A DNA stretch of 64,000 nt, taken from NCBI GenBank assembly GCA_034189385.1, contig JAXHVD010000006.1:39559-103558 (forward strand), read 5' to 3'. This DNA comes from Thermodesulfobacteriota bacterium. Its GTDB lineage: Bacteria; Desulfobacterota; Desulfobacteria; Desulfobacterales; C00003060. The position numbers and the translations under genes are program-made. Below are positions 34,186 to 45,105 of this stretch, in pieces (the first letter of the stretch is position 1; every line of letters begins with the position of its first letter). The notes below the pieces were generated by a model. The model did not search any database, was not told the DNA's origin, and saw only the letters and a list, made by a program, of their open reading frames with translations.

Positions 34186-36639
34186 CTACATCATGTCCAC
34201 CGGGTCGACATCCACGATCATGTTCACGGCACCCTTGCCCATCTCCCGTTCGGCCCTAGCCTTAAGGACCCTGGTCAATCCATGTAACGGTGCCACCTTC
34301 AGTCCCTTCAGCAGGAGCTGCCATCGGTAGCGTTTTTTGAGTCTGGCCAAGGGGGCTGGCACAGGGCCCAATAGCCGCACTTCTTTCTTATAGGTCTTGT
34401 TCTCCCGTTGCAGCGCCCGACAGATTTCTCCCAGCCTTTGGGCATACCGGGCCGTCTGATCTCTGTCCCTTCCTGTTACCACAACCTGTACAAGGCGAGA
34501 ATAGGGAGGATAGTAAAGCTCCCTGCGGTAGCCAATTTCACGCTCATAAAAGGCCGCGTAATCTTGATGACTTGCCGTGACGATACAGAAGTGCTCAGGA
34601 TTAAAGGTTTGAAGTATCACACGCCCTTGTCGATCCCCCCGGCCTGCACGGCCTGCCACTTGGGCCAAGAGCTGAAAGGTGCGCTCTCCTGCCCGAAAAT
34701 CAGGAAAGTTCAGGGAAAGGTCGGCACAAAGGATTCCCACCAGCGTGATTTTCGGGTAGTGATGTCCCTTTGCCACCATCTGGGTCCCCACCAGGATGTC
34801 GATGGCGCCTTCCCTTAAAGCCTTTAAGATCTTTACCAATGCCCCTTTTCGGACTGTCGTGTCCCGGTCTATTCGAGCCACTTCGGCTTTAGGGAAGACG
34901 GCCTTGACTTCGGCCTCCACCCTTTCTGTGCCAAGTCCAAGGAGTTTGATCTTGGAGCTGCCGCAGACCTGACAGCCCACTGTCTGAGCACAAGTGTAGC
35001 CGCAGTAGTGGCACCTGAAGGCATTGGCCTCCCGGTGGAGTGTCATGGTAATATCGCAATTCTTGCACCGAACAGGAACTCCGCAGCAACTGCACGTCGG
35101 GCAATTGGCAAAACCGCGGCGGTTTAGAAAAAGGAGAACCTGTTCCCTCCGGCCCAGGGTCTCGGAAATGGCGTCCTTGAGTTCTTGCGTTATAAAGGGC
35201 TTTGTCCGATGGGAGCCTTCTGTCTGGCGAAGATCTACAACGTGCACCTCTGGTAGGACCTGGTCTTCTATCCGTTTCCAGAGATGGAGGCCTTGAAACT
35301 TCTTCTCTTGCACATTGTAGTATGACTGCACCGATGGCGTTGCTGATCCAAGAAGGGCAACGGCTCCTTCCAGCTTGGCCCGAACCACAGCTAGATCCCG
35401 TGCGTGATAGCGCAGTCCCCCTGAGGCGGATTTATACGAGTCGTCGTGTTCCTCATCTACGATGACAAGACCCAAGTGATCAAAGGGCGAAAAGATGGCA
35501 GAGCGGGCCCCAATAGCCACCTTGGCCTCCTTGCGCACGATGCGCATCCACTGGTCAAAGCGTTCACCTTCGCTCAGCCCACTGTGGAGCAAGGCGATAC
35601 AATCGCCGAAACGGGCTCGAAAGAGCCGTTCCGTCTGAGATATCAAGGCGATCTCCGGAACCAGCACCAGGGCTTCGTACCCTTTATCCAAGGCTGCCGC
35701 CACGGCTGCCATGTAGACCTCTGTCTTGCCACTTCCCGTAATACCGTCAAGCAGATAGGCCTGAAAACCCTTGTCAAGCCCTTCCACCACCGTGGTGACC
35801 ACTCTATCCTGCTCCTTGGTGAGGACCGGTGCGTTGGAGCTCGGTTCAATGGCCTCACCAAAGGGATCTCGATATACCTGCCGTTCAAAGAGATCCAGAA
35901 AACCGTCGGCAGCCATCTTCTTGACCAGACGTCCGGCCGACGGGACCTGGACTTTGAGGTCCCTTATGGAGATCTCGCCGAAATCGTCAATGATCCCCAG
36001 AATCTTACGCCGAGCCTGTGAAAGGGACCCGGCATACGGACCGTCTGCCACCGCTTTTAGATATCGTTCTTTCTTTGGCCGAACTCTCCCTGGCTGCACC
36101 CTCCGCTCCCTCATAATCCAGCCTGCCCGTTCCAGGCTACGAAGAGCTGTGTAAGGCACTTCTCTGTCCAGTGCCCTGGAGAGTCTGGATCGCCCCATAG
36201 GTCCTCGATTCAATAGGGTTTCAAGCAATTGCCGATCATGGCGCTCCATGGGAGAATCGACCAAAGCAGACTTACCTTGTTCGGTAATCCGCAGCCTCGT
36301 TACTTGGGTCATGTTAAGCCCACCAGGTAGGGCTGCCTTCACCACTTCCCCAATGGGATAGAGATAGTAGTTTGCTATCCAACGAAAGAACCGTATCATG
36401 GAGGACGGAAAAAGAGGCTGGTCGTCCAGGATATCTGAGATGGATTTCACCCCTTCCTGGTCCGTGGTCTCAAGGAGGTCCAGGATGTAGCCCGTCACTT
36501 GGCGCACCCTGAAAGGGACTGTCACCCGCTTGCCCACCGCCGTCACGGCCCGAAAGGCTTCTGGTACCTCATAGGTGAAGGTTTTGGAAACAGGCAAAGC
36601 TACCGCCACTTCCACATATGGCTTGTCAGAACCGTGCAA
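34186..36639 (-). CDS. priA: Primosomal protein N' (replication restart helicase PriA)
   Basis: The 817-aa product has Walker A GITGSGKTEVY, DEEHD and a Cys-rich zinc region (CPTCSCCGVPVRCKNC...CHYCGY...CQVCGS). Confidence 0.9.
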   Translation of the reverse strand: MHGSDKPYVEVAVALPVSKTFTYEVPEAFRAVTAVGKRVTVPFRVRQVTGYILDLLETTDQEGVKSISDILDDQPLFPSSMIRFFRWIANYYLYPIGEVVKAALPGGLNMTQVTRLRITEQGKSALVDSPMERHDRQLLETLLNRGPMGRSRLSRALDREVPYTALRSLERAGWIMRERRVQPGRVRPKKERYLKAVADGPYAGSLSQARRKILGIIDDFGEISIRDLKVQVPSAGRLVKKMAADGFLDLFERQVYRDPFGEAIEPSSNAPVLTKEQDRVVTTVVEGLDKGFQAYLLDGITGSGKTEVYMAAVAAALDKGYEALVLVPEIALISQTERLFRARFGDCIALLHSGLSEGERFDQWMRIVRKEAKVAIGARSAIFSPFDHLGLVIVDEEHDDSYKSASGGLRYHARDLAVVRAKLEGAVALLGSATPSVQSYYNVQEKKFQGLHLWKRIEDQVLPEVHVVDLRQTEGSHRTKPFITQELKDAISETLGRREQVLLFLNRRGFANCPTCSCCGVPVRCKNCDITMTLHREANAFRCHYCGYTCAQTVGCQVCGSSKIKLLGLGTERVEAEVKAVFPKAEVARIDRDTTVRKGALVKILKALREGAIDILVGTQMVAKGHHYPKITLVGILCADLSLNFPDFRAGERTFQLLAQVAGRAGRGDRQGRVILQTFNPEHFCIVTASHQDYAAFYEREIGYRRELYYPPYSRLVQVVVTGRDRDQTARYAQRLGEICRALQRENKTYKKEVRLLGPVPAPLARLKKRYRWQLLLKGLKVAPLHGLTRVLKARAEREMGKGAVNMIVDVDPVDMM

Positions 36640-36935
36640 TTGGCCCTATTCCTTTTTTCTTGATCTGAAACCTTGAATTTAATATCAATGTGACCAGCAT
36701 ATTGCCATACAAAAAATGGCGGCGTGCAAGGAATGGCGAGTTGCTTGAAAGGGCCTGGCTAATGGAAAAGACCCCAGCCACCAGAGTGAAAGGAGGGAAA
36801 CCTGCATGGAAGACGACCTGTGGCTGGGCCAGCAGGTCGCTGTAAGGACAATTGAAGATATGGGCAAGCAAGACGGGACATGCCGTCCTGTGAACAGTCA
36901 CTGAGGAATCAGATCGGAGCTAAGAGGAGGTTCCA

Positions 36936-37649
36936 ATGCAAGAGTACACCATCCACCCCCTAGTCGTAGGGGCCAATGAGACTGACCAAGGGATTATGAC
37001 GTATCTTCGGGATTATGGGCAAAGGATCTGGATTCCCATTTATGTCTTCTACGTAGAAGGGGGGGACAAGACCATCCTGGTGGATACGGGGCTCGAGCAG
37101 TTTGTGGTGCCCGATGAGGTAGGAGAGACTTACGGTTTCAAGGTCCTTGAGTTTGAAGATGCCCTTGCCTCGGTGGGGCTCAAACCTGAAGACGTTGATG
37201 TCATCGTTCATACTCACCTTCACAACGATCACTGCGAAAACGATTACAAGTGCTCCAATGCCAAGGTCTACGTTCAGAAGGCTGAAATGGATTTCTTCAG
37301 GAACCCCCATCCCATTGATCATAGGTATTACCCAGACGTATTAGATGGAGTCGATGTGGTAGAGGTGGAAGGGGATGCCAACATCTTGGACGGAATCGAC
37401 GTGATCTTCAGCCCGGGACATACCGTTGGTGGGCAATCGGTGGCTGTGAATACTTCCAAAGGCAAGGCCATTATCACCGGCTTCTGCTGCAACGACAAGA
37501 ATTTCCCTGCCTCCGGGCCCGCTATCGCGCCAGGGGTACATATCGACGTGAGGGAGGCCTACGACAGCATTCAGAAGATCAAGGAGATGGCCGATATCCT
37601 GATCCCACTTCACGATCTTTCCGTGGGGCGGATGGAAACCATCCCCTAA
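36936..37649 (+). CDS. MBL-fold metallo-hydrolase (lactonase-like)
   Basis: It has the HTHLHNDHCEN (HxHxDH) motif. The product is 237 aa. Confidence 0.8.
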   Translation: MQEYTIHPLVVGANETDQGIMTYLRDYGQRIWIPIYVFYVEGGDKTILVDTGLEQFVVPDEVGETYGFKVLEFEDALASVGLKPEDVDVIVHTHLHNDHCENDYKCSNAKVYVQKAEMDFFRNPHPIDHRYYPDVLDGVDVVEVEGDANILDGIDVIFSPGHTVGGQSVAVNTSKGKAIITGFCCNDKNFPASGPAIAPGVHIDVREAYDSIQKIKEMADILIPLHDLSVGRMETIP

Positions 37650-37744
37650 GGGGCGTTGCACGGAAAAAAAGAATCTTACTTATCATGGCTGTCTTCTGCC
37701 CCATTTCCGTATCATCTTGAGTGCCGGAAACAGGCGACAGTGCA

Positions 37745-39895
37745 TCAACTCATGGGGTGGTCCTGGCTACCTGCGTTTTTAGATAAGTCCCCTTCTATAG
37801 TGGTCCACCTCTTGACCTTTTCTAGCAGCTCTGCGGGCTCTATAGGCTTGGGTGTATAGTCATCCATGCCGGCCTCAAGGCAGCGCTCTTTGTCTCCTTT
37901 CATGGCATGGGCGGTCACGGCCACGATGGGAACTCCGTGATTGCGGACTGCGGATTGCGGATTGCGGATTCGAGCGGTAGCCTCCAGGCCGTCCATCTCC
38001 GGCATCTGAACATCCATCAGCACAAGGTCATAAGGAGCCGTTTCAAGCGCCTTAATTGCTTCATGGCCGTTGGCCACTGCATCGGCTCGGTAGCCAAAAT
38101 TCTTCAGCATATGAAGTGCCACCTTCTGGTTGACCATATTGTCCTCGGCAACCAGTATTCGAATCTTGCGCTTCCGGTCTTCAGCAATAGAATGCCTGGT
38201 GACGAGGGTCTCTCTGGACATGTCTTTTCCTACTGCTTTTCTGCCGACCACTGTTGTAAGGCAGTCAAACAGCTCTGACCCCTTAACAGGCTTGGTAAGG
38301 TAGGCAGCAAAACCGATCTCCTTTGTCCGGGCTGCACCACCAGGCTCAGCAACAGAGGTCAGCATGACGAGAATAGTACCTTCAAGATCAGGATCTTCCT
38401 TTATCTTACGTCCCAGCGTCTCACCGTCCATCTCCGGCATTTGCACATCCAGGATAGCGATGTCAAAAGGCCCCCCCTCTGCCACCGCCTGGCGGAGCTT
38501 GTCCAGGGCCACTGCCCCCCCTTGAGCCTCATCAGAATGGCAATACCAAGACCTGAGTTGCTCTCTCAGAACGAGACGGTTCGTAGCATTGTCATCCACC
38601 ACCAGAATCCGTTTTCCTCGAATCTCCTCGGGAACCACCTTCACCTCACGGCCTTGCCCCTGTTTTTCCAGGGTCGCCGTGAACCAGAACGCAGACCCTT
38701 TGCCTTCCTCGCTTTTCACGCCAATGTGACCGCCCAACATCTGGGTGAGATCCTTAGAGATGACCAACCCTAGACCTGTCCCGCCATACTTGCGTGTAGT
38801 AGAACCGTCCACCTGCGTAAATGGCTGAAAAAGACGGCCCAATCGATTCACGGGTATCCCAATGCCTGTATCGGAGACTTCAAAGCGAATGGTTGCCTCT
38901 TTGTCGTCCTCCTCATCGACCGTAACCCGTATCACCACCTCGCCCTTTTCCGTAAACTTAATGGCGTTATTGACAAGATTCATGAGGACCTGGCGCAATC
39001 TTCCGGGGTCACCCTTTACCAGGGCAGGCACATCATGTTGGATGAGGAGAACAAGTTCGAGGCCTTTTTTGACAGCTCCCAGAGCCAGAACACCCATCAC
39101 ATCTTCAACCGTCATCCTCAGGTCAAAGTCCATGATTTCAAGGTCTAGTTTTCCGGCCTCGATCTTTGAGTAATCCAGGATGTCGTTGATCACCGTAAGG
39201 AGAGAATCGGCGCTGGCGCTTATTGCCTCGGCATACTGACGCTGTCCAGAAGTCAATTCGGTATCCAGTAATAGGCCACTCATGCCGATGACACCGTTTA
39301 TTGGCGTACGAATCTCGTGGCTCATGTTGGCAAGGAACTCGGTTTTGGCGTCATTGGCAGCCTCGGCTTTACTGGCCATCTCTTCGGCTTGGATAATAGC
39401 ATCCTTAAGCTGCCTGTTTGTTGCCATCAATTCTCGGTTGGTGGCCTCCCCTTGCTCATTGGCCTTTTTAAGGGCCTCTGTCATCCGTCTGTTCTCAAGT
39501 GCCAGGTTGAAATGATCAAAGGCCCTGGCAATGGTTCCTCTTACCCCTTCAGATGACCAAGGCTTGGTGAGATAGCCGAAGATTTGGAGACGGTTGATGG
39601 CAGCCATAGCGTTCTCCAGGCTCCCGTAGGCGGTGAGGATGATCCGGACCACATCAGGTTTGCGTTCCCTAACGCCTTCGAGAAAGGTGATCCCATCCAT
39701 CTTCGGCATCCGTTGGTCCGCCAGGACTACGCCAATGTCATGGGTTTCAAGCACTTCAAGACCAGCGTTTCCTGAATATGCGCTGAAGATGTTGTACCCT
39801 TGGGATTGCAGGTCCCGCCTCAAGCTGCTGACAGTGTTGGGTTCATCATCTACGATGAGTAGATTCCTGTTTTTTGCCCGATCATGATTAGACAT
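37745..39895 (-). CDS. Hybrid sensor histidine kinase/response regulator (REC-coiled coil-HisKA-HATPase-REC-REC)
   Basis: From the ATG at 39895 (GGAGGTGGAG Shine-Dalgarno) the protein reads [18 protein letters not shown]. It has the H-box [11 protein letters not shown], the G-boxes DTGIGI and GGTGLGL, and two C-terminal receiver domains. No TM segment is seen. Confidence 0.9.
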   Translation of the reverse strand: MSNHDRAKNRNLLIVDDEPNTVSSLRRDLQSQGYNIFSAYSGNAGLEVLETHDIGVVLADQRMPKMDGITFLEGVRERKPDVVRIILTAYGSLENAMAAINRLQIFGYLTKPWSSEGVRGTIARAFDHFNLALENRRMTEALKKANEQGEATNRELMATNRQLKDAIIQAEEMASKAEAANDAKTEFLANMSHEIRTPINGVIGMSGLLLDTELTSGQRQYAEAISASADSLLTVINDILDYSKIEAGKLDLEIMDFDLRMTVEDVMGVLALGAVKKGLELVLLIQHDVPALVKGDPGRLRQVLMNLVNNAIKFTEKGEVVIRVTVDEEDDKEATIRFEVSDTGIGIPVNRLGRLFQPFTQVDGSTTRKYGGTGLGLVISKDLTQMLGGHIGVKSEEGKGSAFWFTATLEKQGQGREVKVVPEEIRGKRILVVDDNATNRLVLREQLRSWYCHSDEAQGGAVALDKLRQAVAEGGPFDIAILDVQMPEMDGETLGRKIKEDPDLEGTILVMLTSVAEPGGAARTKEIGFAAYLTKPVKGSELFDCLTTVVGRKAVGKDMSRETLVTRHSIAEDRKRKIRILVAEDNMVNQKVALHMLKNFGYRADAVANGHEAIKALETAPYDLVLMDVQMPEMDGLEATARIRNPQSAVRNHGVPIVAVTAHAMKGDKERCLEAGMDDYTPKPIEPAELLEKVKRWTTIEGDLSKNAGSQDHPMS

Positions 39896-40493
39896 CTCCA
39901 CCTCCTGGTCACGTTCTATCCCGCTACTTGGAAGACCGATGGAGCCCACTGACAGAGCCTGGATCTTCTCTCTACGCCTGGACACCCAAGTACAGGCACA
40001 ACTCTAATGGATGAATTGGACAACATCAAAAAGGGAGATTAAAAGAGCAAAGAGCATGCCAACGAGACCACCTTTGGCGGCAAGACACAACCACCTAGAA
40101 TCGTTCTAAATTAGTGAAGAGGCCCCTGCCCATCCATCTCAAGGTGACAAAACGTTACAATATTGCCGCTGGTGGTGTCATTTTGCCGACACGGTTTTAG
40201 ATACAAAAAAACCCTGGCACAACTCTCCCTAACGTTCATTGTGGACTTTTTGGGGTACCCCTTCCCGACTCCGTCGGAATGAGCGGGTCGCCCTGGCGAA
40301 TCAAAAAGTCTACAAAACCAAGTAAGAAGGGATGGCACAGCTCCAAAGGCAAGAGGTTGGCGCACCGATCATGAATGGAGTAAGTGTTGCCGGGCAGAAA
40401 ATGATCCCTGGCACGGGACAATCAAGTGCCGGGACCCCTCCGAGCTGCATGGTGGCTCCTGCGAGAGAAGAAGCTTATCGTGGAATGTCCTGA

Positions 40494-40838
40494 TCAACAG
40501 CTTAGGTGAAACCCTGCTACAACCTTCTTGCCCTCTTTAGAAAGCCGATTGTAAGAGTGACAGGCCGCTTCTGTTTTCTCCACCAGGACACGGATACCAC
40601 GCCTCTTGAGGGCAGAGGTCACTGCCTCAGATACCCTGAGAGCGCCATAGGCCCCGGTGCCGAAGATGCAGACCTTTGCATCACTACTGAGCAGATCCTT
40701 CACATCTTCCAGCCCCACATGGTGGCCCTTTGAACGCCACCAATCGGGTATGACACTGTTACCAATCAGCTTGACGTCGTTTCGGTATGCCTTGCCGTCG
40801 ATCTGGATATGACCAAAGCGGTAGGATTGGATCTCCAT
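40494..40838 (-). CDS. Mth938-like (DUF498) domain protein
   Basis: The 114-aa product has the pattern FGHIQIDGKAY..DV......V..W........H.....D.........V.IFGTG. Confidence 0.7.
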   Translation of the reverse strand: MEIQSYRFGHIQIDGKAYRNDVKLIGNSVIPDWWRSKGHHVGLEDVKDLLSSDAKVCIFGTGAYGALRVSEAVTSALKRRGIRVLVEKTEAACHSYNRLSKEGKKVVAGFHLSC

Positions 40839-40937
40839 GAGAAATCCTTCGAGTCTCAGTGGCTCTCACCTGCTGAATGGGCCCACTGAATAATACCGGC
40901 CCTTCCAGATACCTCTCGAAGCCTCATATTCCACATC

Positions 40938-40966
40938 ATGATATCATACTGCTTTCAAGCTGGCAA
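40938..40966 (-). promoter_or_regulatory. Candidate promoter TTGCCA-N17-TATCAT
   Basis: The minus strand reads TTGCCAgcttgaaagcagtatgaTATCAT, about 95 nt upstream of the ATG at 40838. Confidence 0.35.
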
Positions 40967-41139
40967 CTGCACGCCTGCACCCTGTGGCATGATCAAGATT
41001 GGAAGTTGAACGGGTTAGAATAGTTGCGGCAAAAGGGTATGTTAAAAAATGTAAGATCGGGACTTGCCCCTGCTTGAAGTCTCGGCCTTTGAATATTTGA
41101 TGTTGTGGCGGCCTGCCATGCTTGAGGCTGCACCAACCC

Positions 41140-41562
41140 CTACATCTTGTAGAGCCTCTCGTCATAAAGATTGATCCAGTTCTCCTTCAAGACCCTGGCG
41201 GCCTCCCCTGTCTTGTCAACCTCTAAGATCAACACCGTAGCTTCCATTTGGATGCAAGGATAGACGTGGTGAATATTGATCTTTTCCAACGCAAGGATTC
41301 TCAAAATGGTGTTCAATCCACCTGGGTGGCTAGGAACCTGGGCAGCGATAACATCCACGGTCTCCGCCTTGAGACCAAGGCCGGTCAATGCGGAGACCGC
41401 CCCATCGGGGTCACTTGTAATGAGGCGCAGGGTCGCCTTTTTCTTTTCAGCCCCAACCCAAAAGCCGTGGACTTTCACGTCATTTTCGTGGAGATGACCG
41501 ATAATTGCCGCAAGCTCCCCAGTCCTGTTCTGGACCTTCATTACAAGTTCTTTAATCGTCAT
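41140..41562 (-). CDS. Tandem ACT-domain protein
   Basis: MTIKELVMKVQNRTGELAAI... contains two ACT-like beta-alpha-beta-beta-alpha-beta units. An alternative start at 41613 would overlap the upstream stop (ATGA). Confidence 0.7.
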   Translation of the reverse strand: MTIKELVMKVQNRTGELAAIIGHLHENDVKVHGFWVGAEKKKATLRLITSDPDGAVSALTGLGLKAETVDVIAAQVPSHPGGLNTILRILALEKINIHHVYPCIQMEATVLILEVDKTGEAARVLKENWINLYDERLYKM

Positions 41563-41609
41563 GACAAACCTGCCCTCTTGTGTCACCTTCCCACGTGGAC
41601 CTTTCGCCC

Positions 41610-42164
41610 TCATTCGTTGCCTTGCCTTTCCATAAAGGCAGCCCCTTCCTTAAGGGCCAAGGTGTTCATTTTGTGTATTTTTGATCCCTTTGCGGCAAAA
41701 ATATCTTTTACGCTTTTCAAGATAGACTTCAATGAAACCACCCCGGTCTTCTGGGCAAAGGCCCCGATCATCACCATGTTGGCACCACGGAGATTGCCCA
41801 ATTCGCTGGCAATCGTATTGACCGGTATAGACACAAATTCCACATCCGCCCTTTTCGGCTTCAGATCTACGAGATCCTTGTTCAAGAAAACCGTCCCCCC
41901 TGGCTTCACCCTTCCTTCAAACCTGACAAGAGAAGGCGTGTTCATGAGCACCGCAAAATTCGGAAAAGAGGCCACAGGAGAGGCAATGGGCTCGTCGCTC
42001 ACTGTAATGGTGCAGTTTGCTGTTCCCCCTCTCACTTCCGCTCCGTAGGAAGGCAGATAGGTCACATGCTTGTCTTCATGCATGCCTGCTGAAGCGAGAA
42101 CGTACCCCATCATGAGGACCCCTTGTCCTCCAAAGCCTGAGAATATGGTCCTGTTCATAGCCAT
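41610..42164 (-). CDS. 2-oxoacid:ferredoxin oxidoreductase, gamma subunit
   Basis: It has the FSGFGGQGVLMMG...PSYGAEVRGG pattern. Confidence 0.85.
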   Translation of the reverse strand: MAMNRTIFSGFGGQGVLMMGYVLASAGMHEDKHVTYLPSYGAEVRGGTANCTITVSDEPIASPVASFPNFAVLMNTPSLVRFEGRVKPGGTVFLNKDLVDLKPKRADVEFVSIPVNTIASELGNLRGANMVMIGAFAQKTGVVSLKSILKSVKDIFAAKGSKIHKMNTLALKEGAAFMERQGNE

Positions 42165-42223
42165 TGTCTAAGAAAATCTCCCACGACTCTTTTTCTTGGT
42201 CCGCCTTTTCTTTTTTCGTCCAT

Positions 42224-42976
42224 TCAATTTGCGGTCTGAGTCATATCCTTGATCACTTTAAGAGGGTAGTTTTTGACAACCTCTTCCTCCACCCTTTTAC
42301 AGGCATCAACCGATGAAAGCTTCCAGTTTGTGGGACAGGGAGACAAGACCTCCACCAGGGCAAAGCCCAGATCGTCTATCTGCACCTGAAATGCCTTCTT
42401 CAGAGCCTTTTTGGTCCTGATGACATTTTTGGGTGACGTCACGGAGGTCCTCTCTATGTAAACGCTTCCCGCCGCCACAGCCAACATCTGACTCAGGTCC
42501 AAGGGATATCCATCGCGAAGGGCGATTCTCCCGCCTGGTGTGGTCGTGGTGGTTTGCCCCAGCACCGTCGTAGGCGCCATCTGCCCCCCAGTCATGCCGT
42601 AGCACCCGTTGTTGACAAAAATAACGGTTAAACGCTCACCCCGGTTGGCCGCATGTATGGTTTCAGCCGTACCAATGGCAGCAATATCCCCATCGCCCTG
42701 ATAGGTAAAGACCACAAGATCAGGACGGGCACGTTTTATTCCTGTGGCCACGGCAACGGCCCGTCCGTGAGGGGCCTCTCCCATGTCGACGCGAAGATAA
42801 TCATAGGCCAGGACGGCACATCCGGCAGGCGGGACGCCCACGGTACTTTCGCGAATTCCCAATTCGTCGATGACCTCAGCCACAAGCCGATGAATGATAC
42901 TGTGCCCGCATCCCGGACAATAATGAAAGACCTTGTCCCCCAGCGCCTCTGGTCTTTTAAATACCTGTTTAGCCAT
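42224..42976 (-). CDS. 2-oxoacid:ferredoxin oxidoreductase, beta (TPP-binding) subunit
   Basis: It has CPGCGHSI and GDGD..AIG...H.A.R...L..I..NN..YGMTGGQ motifs. Confidence 0.85.
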   Translation of the reverse strand: MAKQVFKRPEALGDKVFHYCPGCGHSIIHRLVAEVIDELGIRESTVGVPPAGCAVLAYDYLRVDMGEAPHGRAVAVATGIKRARPDLVVFTYQGDGDIAAIGTAETIHAANRGERLTVIFVNNGCYGMTGGQMAPTTVLGQTTTTTPGGRIALRDGYPLDLSQMLAVAAGSVYIERTSVTSPKNVIRTKKALKKAFQVQIDDLGFALVEVLSPCPTNWKLSSVDACKRVEEEVVKNYPLKVIKDMTQTAN

Positions 42977-43080
42977 GGAGATTATTCTCCTCTTCTCCCA
43001 TCTATAGATTAAGACCGGCGCCTTACGCCATTGTCTAGGGCTTCACACGCTGCACACAGGGCCCAGTAGCCCTTTGGTCT

Positions 43081-44166
43081 TTATCTTCCATCCAACCCAT
43101 ACCTATACATGAGCCTGGTGATGGCATCTGCTATCTCGCGGGGTGTAGATATGATGCCCCCCGGCCTGCCGTAAAAGTGAACCGTAGCCTGCTCCCCCAC
43201 GCTCATTCTAACGTCTTCCACCATTTGACCGGCATTCATCTCAAAGACCAGGACATGCTTGATCCTTTCGGTTAAGGTCCTGAGTTCCTTCTCAGGAAAG
43301 GGCCACAGGCTGATGGGTCGAAAAACGCCCGCCTTTAAACCCGCCTCACGCAGACGATTGACAGCCCCCTTTGCGATACGGGCTGCCGTACCAAAGGCCA
43401 CCACAGCCAGCTCCGCATCGTCGAGAAGATAGGGTTCATGCTCGGTCTCGCGCTCACAGATGGCGGCGTACTTCCTGGCCAGCTTCCAGTTGTGTTGCTC
43501 CATCTTGACCGGGTCTAGTCTCAACGAGGCAATCAGCCGGCTCTCCCTTCCTTTTGCGCCATCCAGACGCCAATCCTTCTGAGGAAGAGTAGCCGGGTCA
43601 ATGGGATCAGGAAATATCACAGGCTCCATCATCTGGCCCATGAGACCATCCCCCAAAAGGATCACCGGCATGCGGTAGCGGTCGGCCAAATCAAAGGCCT
43701 TCATCGTGAGCGTCACCAACTCCTGCCCCGAGTGTGGGGCCAAGACAATGGTGCGATACCCTCCATGCCCACCGGCCCTGGTGGCCTGGAAATAGTCCTG
43801 TTGGCCTGGGGCAATGTTGCCAAGGCCGGGACCACCGCGCATGACATTTACAATCACCGCCGGCAGTTCCATGCCCGCAATATAGGAGATCCCTTCTTGC
43901 TTCAGGCTGATCCCTGGACTGGACGACGATGTCATGGCCCGCGTACCGGTCATGCTGGCCCCCATGACCATATTGATGGCAGCCAACTCGCTTTCGGCTT
44001 GGATGAAGGTGGCGTCCTCCATCTTGGCAAACCGCCCGGATACGTATTCGGGAACCTCGTTTTGCGGTGTGATGGGATACCCCGCATAGAAACGGCATCC
44101 GGCCACAATGGCTGCCTCTCCGATCACGTGACTGCCACGCATGAGTCGCTTCTTTTGTTTAGCCAC
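43081..44166 (-). CDS. 2-oxoacid:ferredoxin oxidoreductase, alpha subunit
   Basis: The 361-aa product has the typical KorA/VorB N-terminus (GSHVIGEAAIVAGCRFYAGYPITPQNE). Confidence 0.85.
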   Translation of the reverse strand: MAKQKKRLMRGSHVIGEAAIVAGCRFYAGYPITPQNEVPEYVSGRFAKMEDATFIQAESELAAINMVMGASMTGTRAMTSSSSPGISLKQEGISYIAGMELPAVIVNVMRGGPGLGNIAPGQQDYFQATRAGGHGGYRTIVLAPHSGQELVTLTMKAFDLADRYRMPVILLGDGLMGQMMEPVIFPDPIDPATLPQKDWRLDGAKGRESRLIASLRLDPVKMEQHNWKLARKYAAICERETEHEPYLLDDAELAVVAFGTAARIAKGAVNRLREAGLKAGVFRPISLWPFPEKELRTLTERIKHVLVFEMNAGQMVEDVRMSVGEQATVHFYGRPGGIISTPREIADAITRLMYRYGLDGR

Positions 44167-44428
44167 GGAACACCTCTATGGCAACTTCAGGGCACATAAT
44201 GGCACAAAGCGCACATCCTGTGCATTTGCGCTTCTTACTCTTTTCACTCTCCGTGTATTCGGCAGGATGATACCCTTTGACATTCAGCCCATTGCTTATC
44301 TTGATAGATCCCTTGGGGCACGCCTCGATGCAAAGACCGCATCCCTTACACAGATCTCTGTTGATCCTGATAAAGCCCTTCTTCAACTCCACATCCCCTC
44401 TGAGAGTCATCAATAAAAATGGAACCAT
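44159..44428 (-). CDS. 2-oxoacid:ferredoxin oxidoreductase delta subunit (2x[4Fe-4S] ferredoxin)
   Basis: It has CKGCGLCIEACP and CTGCALCAIMCP clusters and overlaps the alpha subunit gene by 8 nt. The start may be the internal ATG at 44410. Confidence 0.8.
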   Translation of the reverse strand: MVPFLLMTLRGDVELKKGFIRINRDLCKGCGLCIEACPKGSIKISNGLNVKGYHPAEYTESEKSKKRKCTGCALCAIMCPEVAIEVFRG

Positions 44429-44583
44429 AAGACCCAGTTGCCCTATGTGTCAAGGGAAATTCCGGTAAACAAGAACAAATGTACCGGCTGCTATAGACAG
44501 TAGCATGGAGATACGTAGTTCAAGGCATCAGGCTTGACTATTTGGATGAAAATTCGATTCTCGATTTCCAAGGCGAGATTGAA

Positions 44584-44676
44584 CCCTCCCCGCGGCAAGC
44601 CACGGGGAATCTTCACCGCAAGGATGTTGTCATTTTAACTATACACTCGCTAACCCCGCCGCAAGCAGCGGGGAAT
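44584..44676. repeat. Two copies of a 27-nt GC hairpin repeat, 66-nt period
   Basis: Copy one is ccctccccgcggcaagccacggggaat (44584..44610) and copy two is ctaaccccgccgcaagcagcggggaat (44650..44676). They share 21/27 identities, and each folds as a CCCCG...CGGGG hairpin. Confidence 0.5.
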
Positions 44677-44719
44677 GCGCTCGCTTATTCGGTTCAAACA
44701 CTTCTTGGCAGGAAATTCG

Positions 44720-44748
44720 TTGACAACCCGTGCCGGACATTGTACCTA
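44720..44748 (+). promoter_or_regulatory. Candidate promoter TTGACA-N17-TACCTA for riboswitch 1
   Basis: The hexamers are at 44720..44725 and 44743..44748. The aptamer begins about 15 nt downstream. Confidence 0.4.
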
Positions 44749-44762
44749 GACGGCATATAGGC

Positions 44763-45021
44763 TCAGGTGCTCGTCTGGAGCTTAAAAGGAAACCCCGTGT
44801 GAGTCGGGGGCGGGCCCGCCGCTGTGATCGGGGACGAAAGCCGCACAATGCCACTGATCTGTCCTTGAGCGGATCGGGAAGGCGTGGCAAGTAGGATGAT
44901 CCGATAGTCAGAAGACCTGCCTGGCCCAAAGGGTGCCCTTCGCGGATTGAGGCAGGCCCATAGGTTTCGAGGATCAAACAGGGATATCCCCGGATCGATT
45001 TATTCGGTCCGGGTTTTTTTT
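44763..45021 (+). promoter_or_regulatory. Cobalamin (B12) riboswitch with intrinsic terminator
   Basis: The conserved core is AAAAGGAAACCCCGTGTGAGTCGGGGGCGGGCCCGCCGCTGT...GCCACTG...GGGAAGGCG, and the B12 box AGTCAGAAGACCTGCC is at 44906..44921. The terminator at 44989..45021 has a 10-bp stem and T8. Confidence 0.9.
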
Positions 45022-45105
45022 GGGGTGCCGTGTAAAGATCTGGAAAATAATGTCGACTCTGGGCTGCCCCTTGCACATTTACTTTGAACATTTTAAGAAA
45101 TTAAT

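Noticed and set aside
40200-40430. Sigma-54-like TGGCAC elements (ctggcacaactct, ctggcacgggaca) in the 600-nt gap upstream of the hybrid kinase.
   Set aside because: No GC dinucleotide or TTGC element sits at the required 10-nt distance from the GG, and the orientation relative to flanking genes is wrong.
44584-44676. Calling the two hairpin repeats a CRISPR array.
   Set aside because: There are only two copies at 78% identity, no further units and no cas genes in 64 kb. I reported them as a repeat instead.
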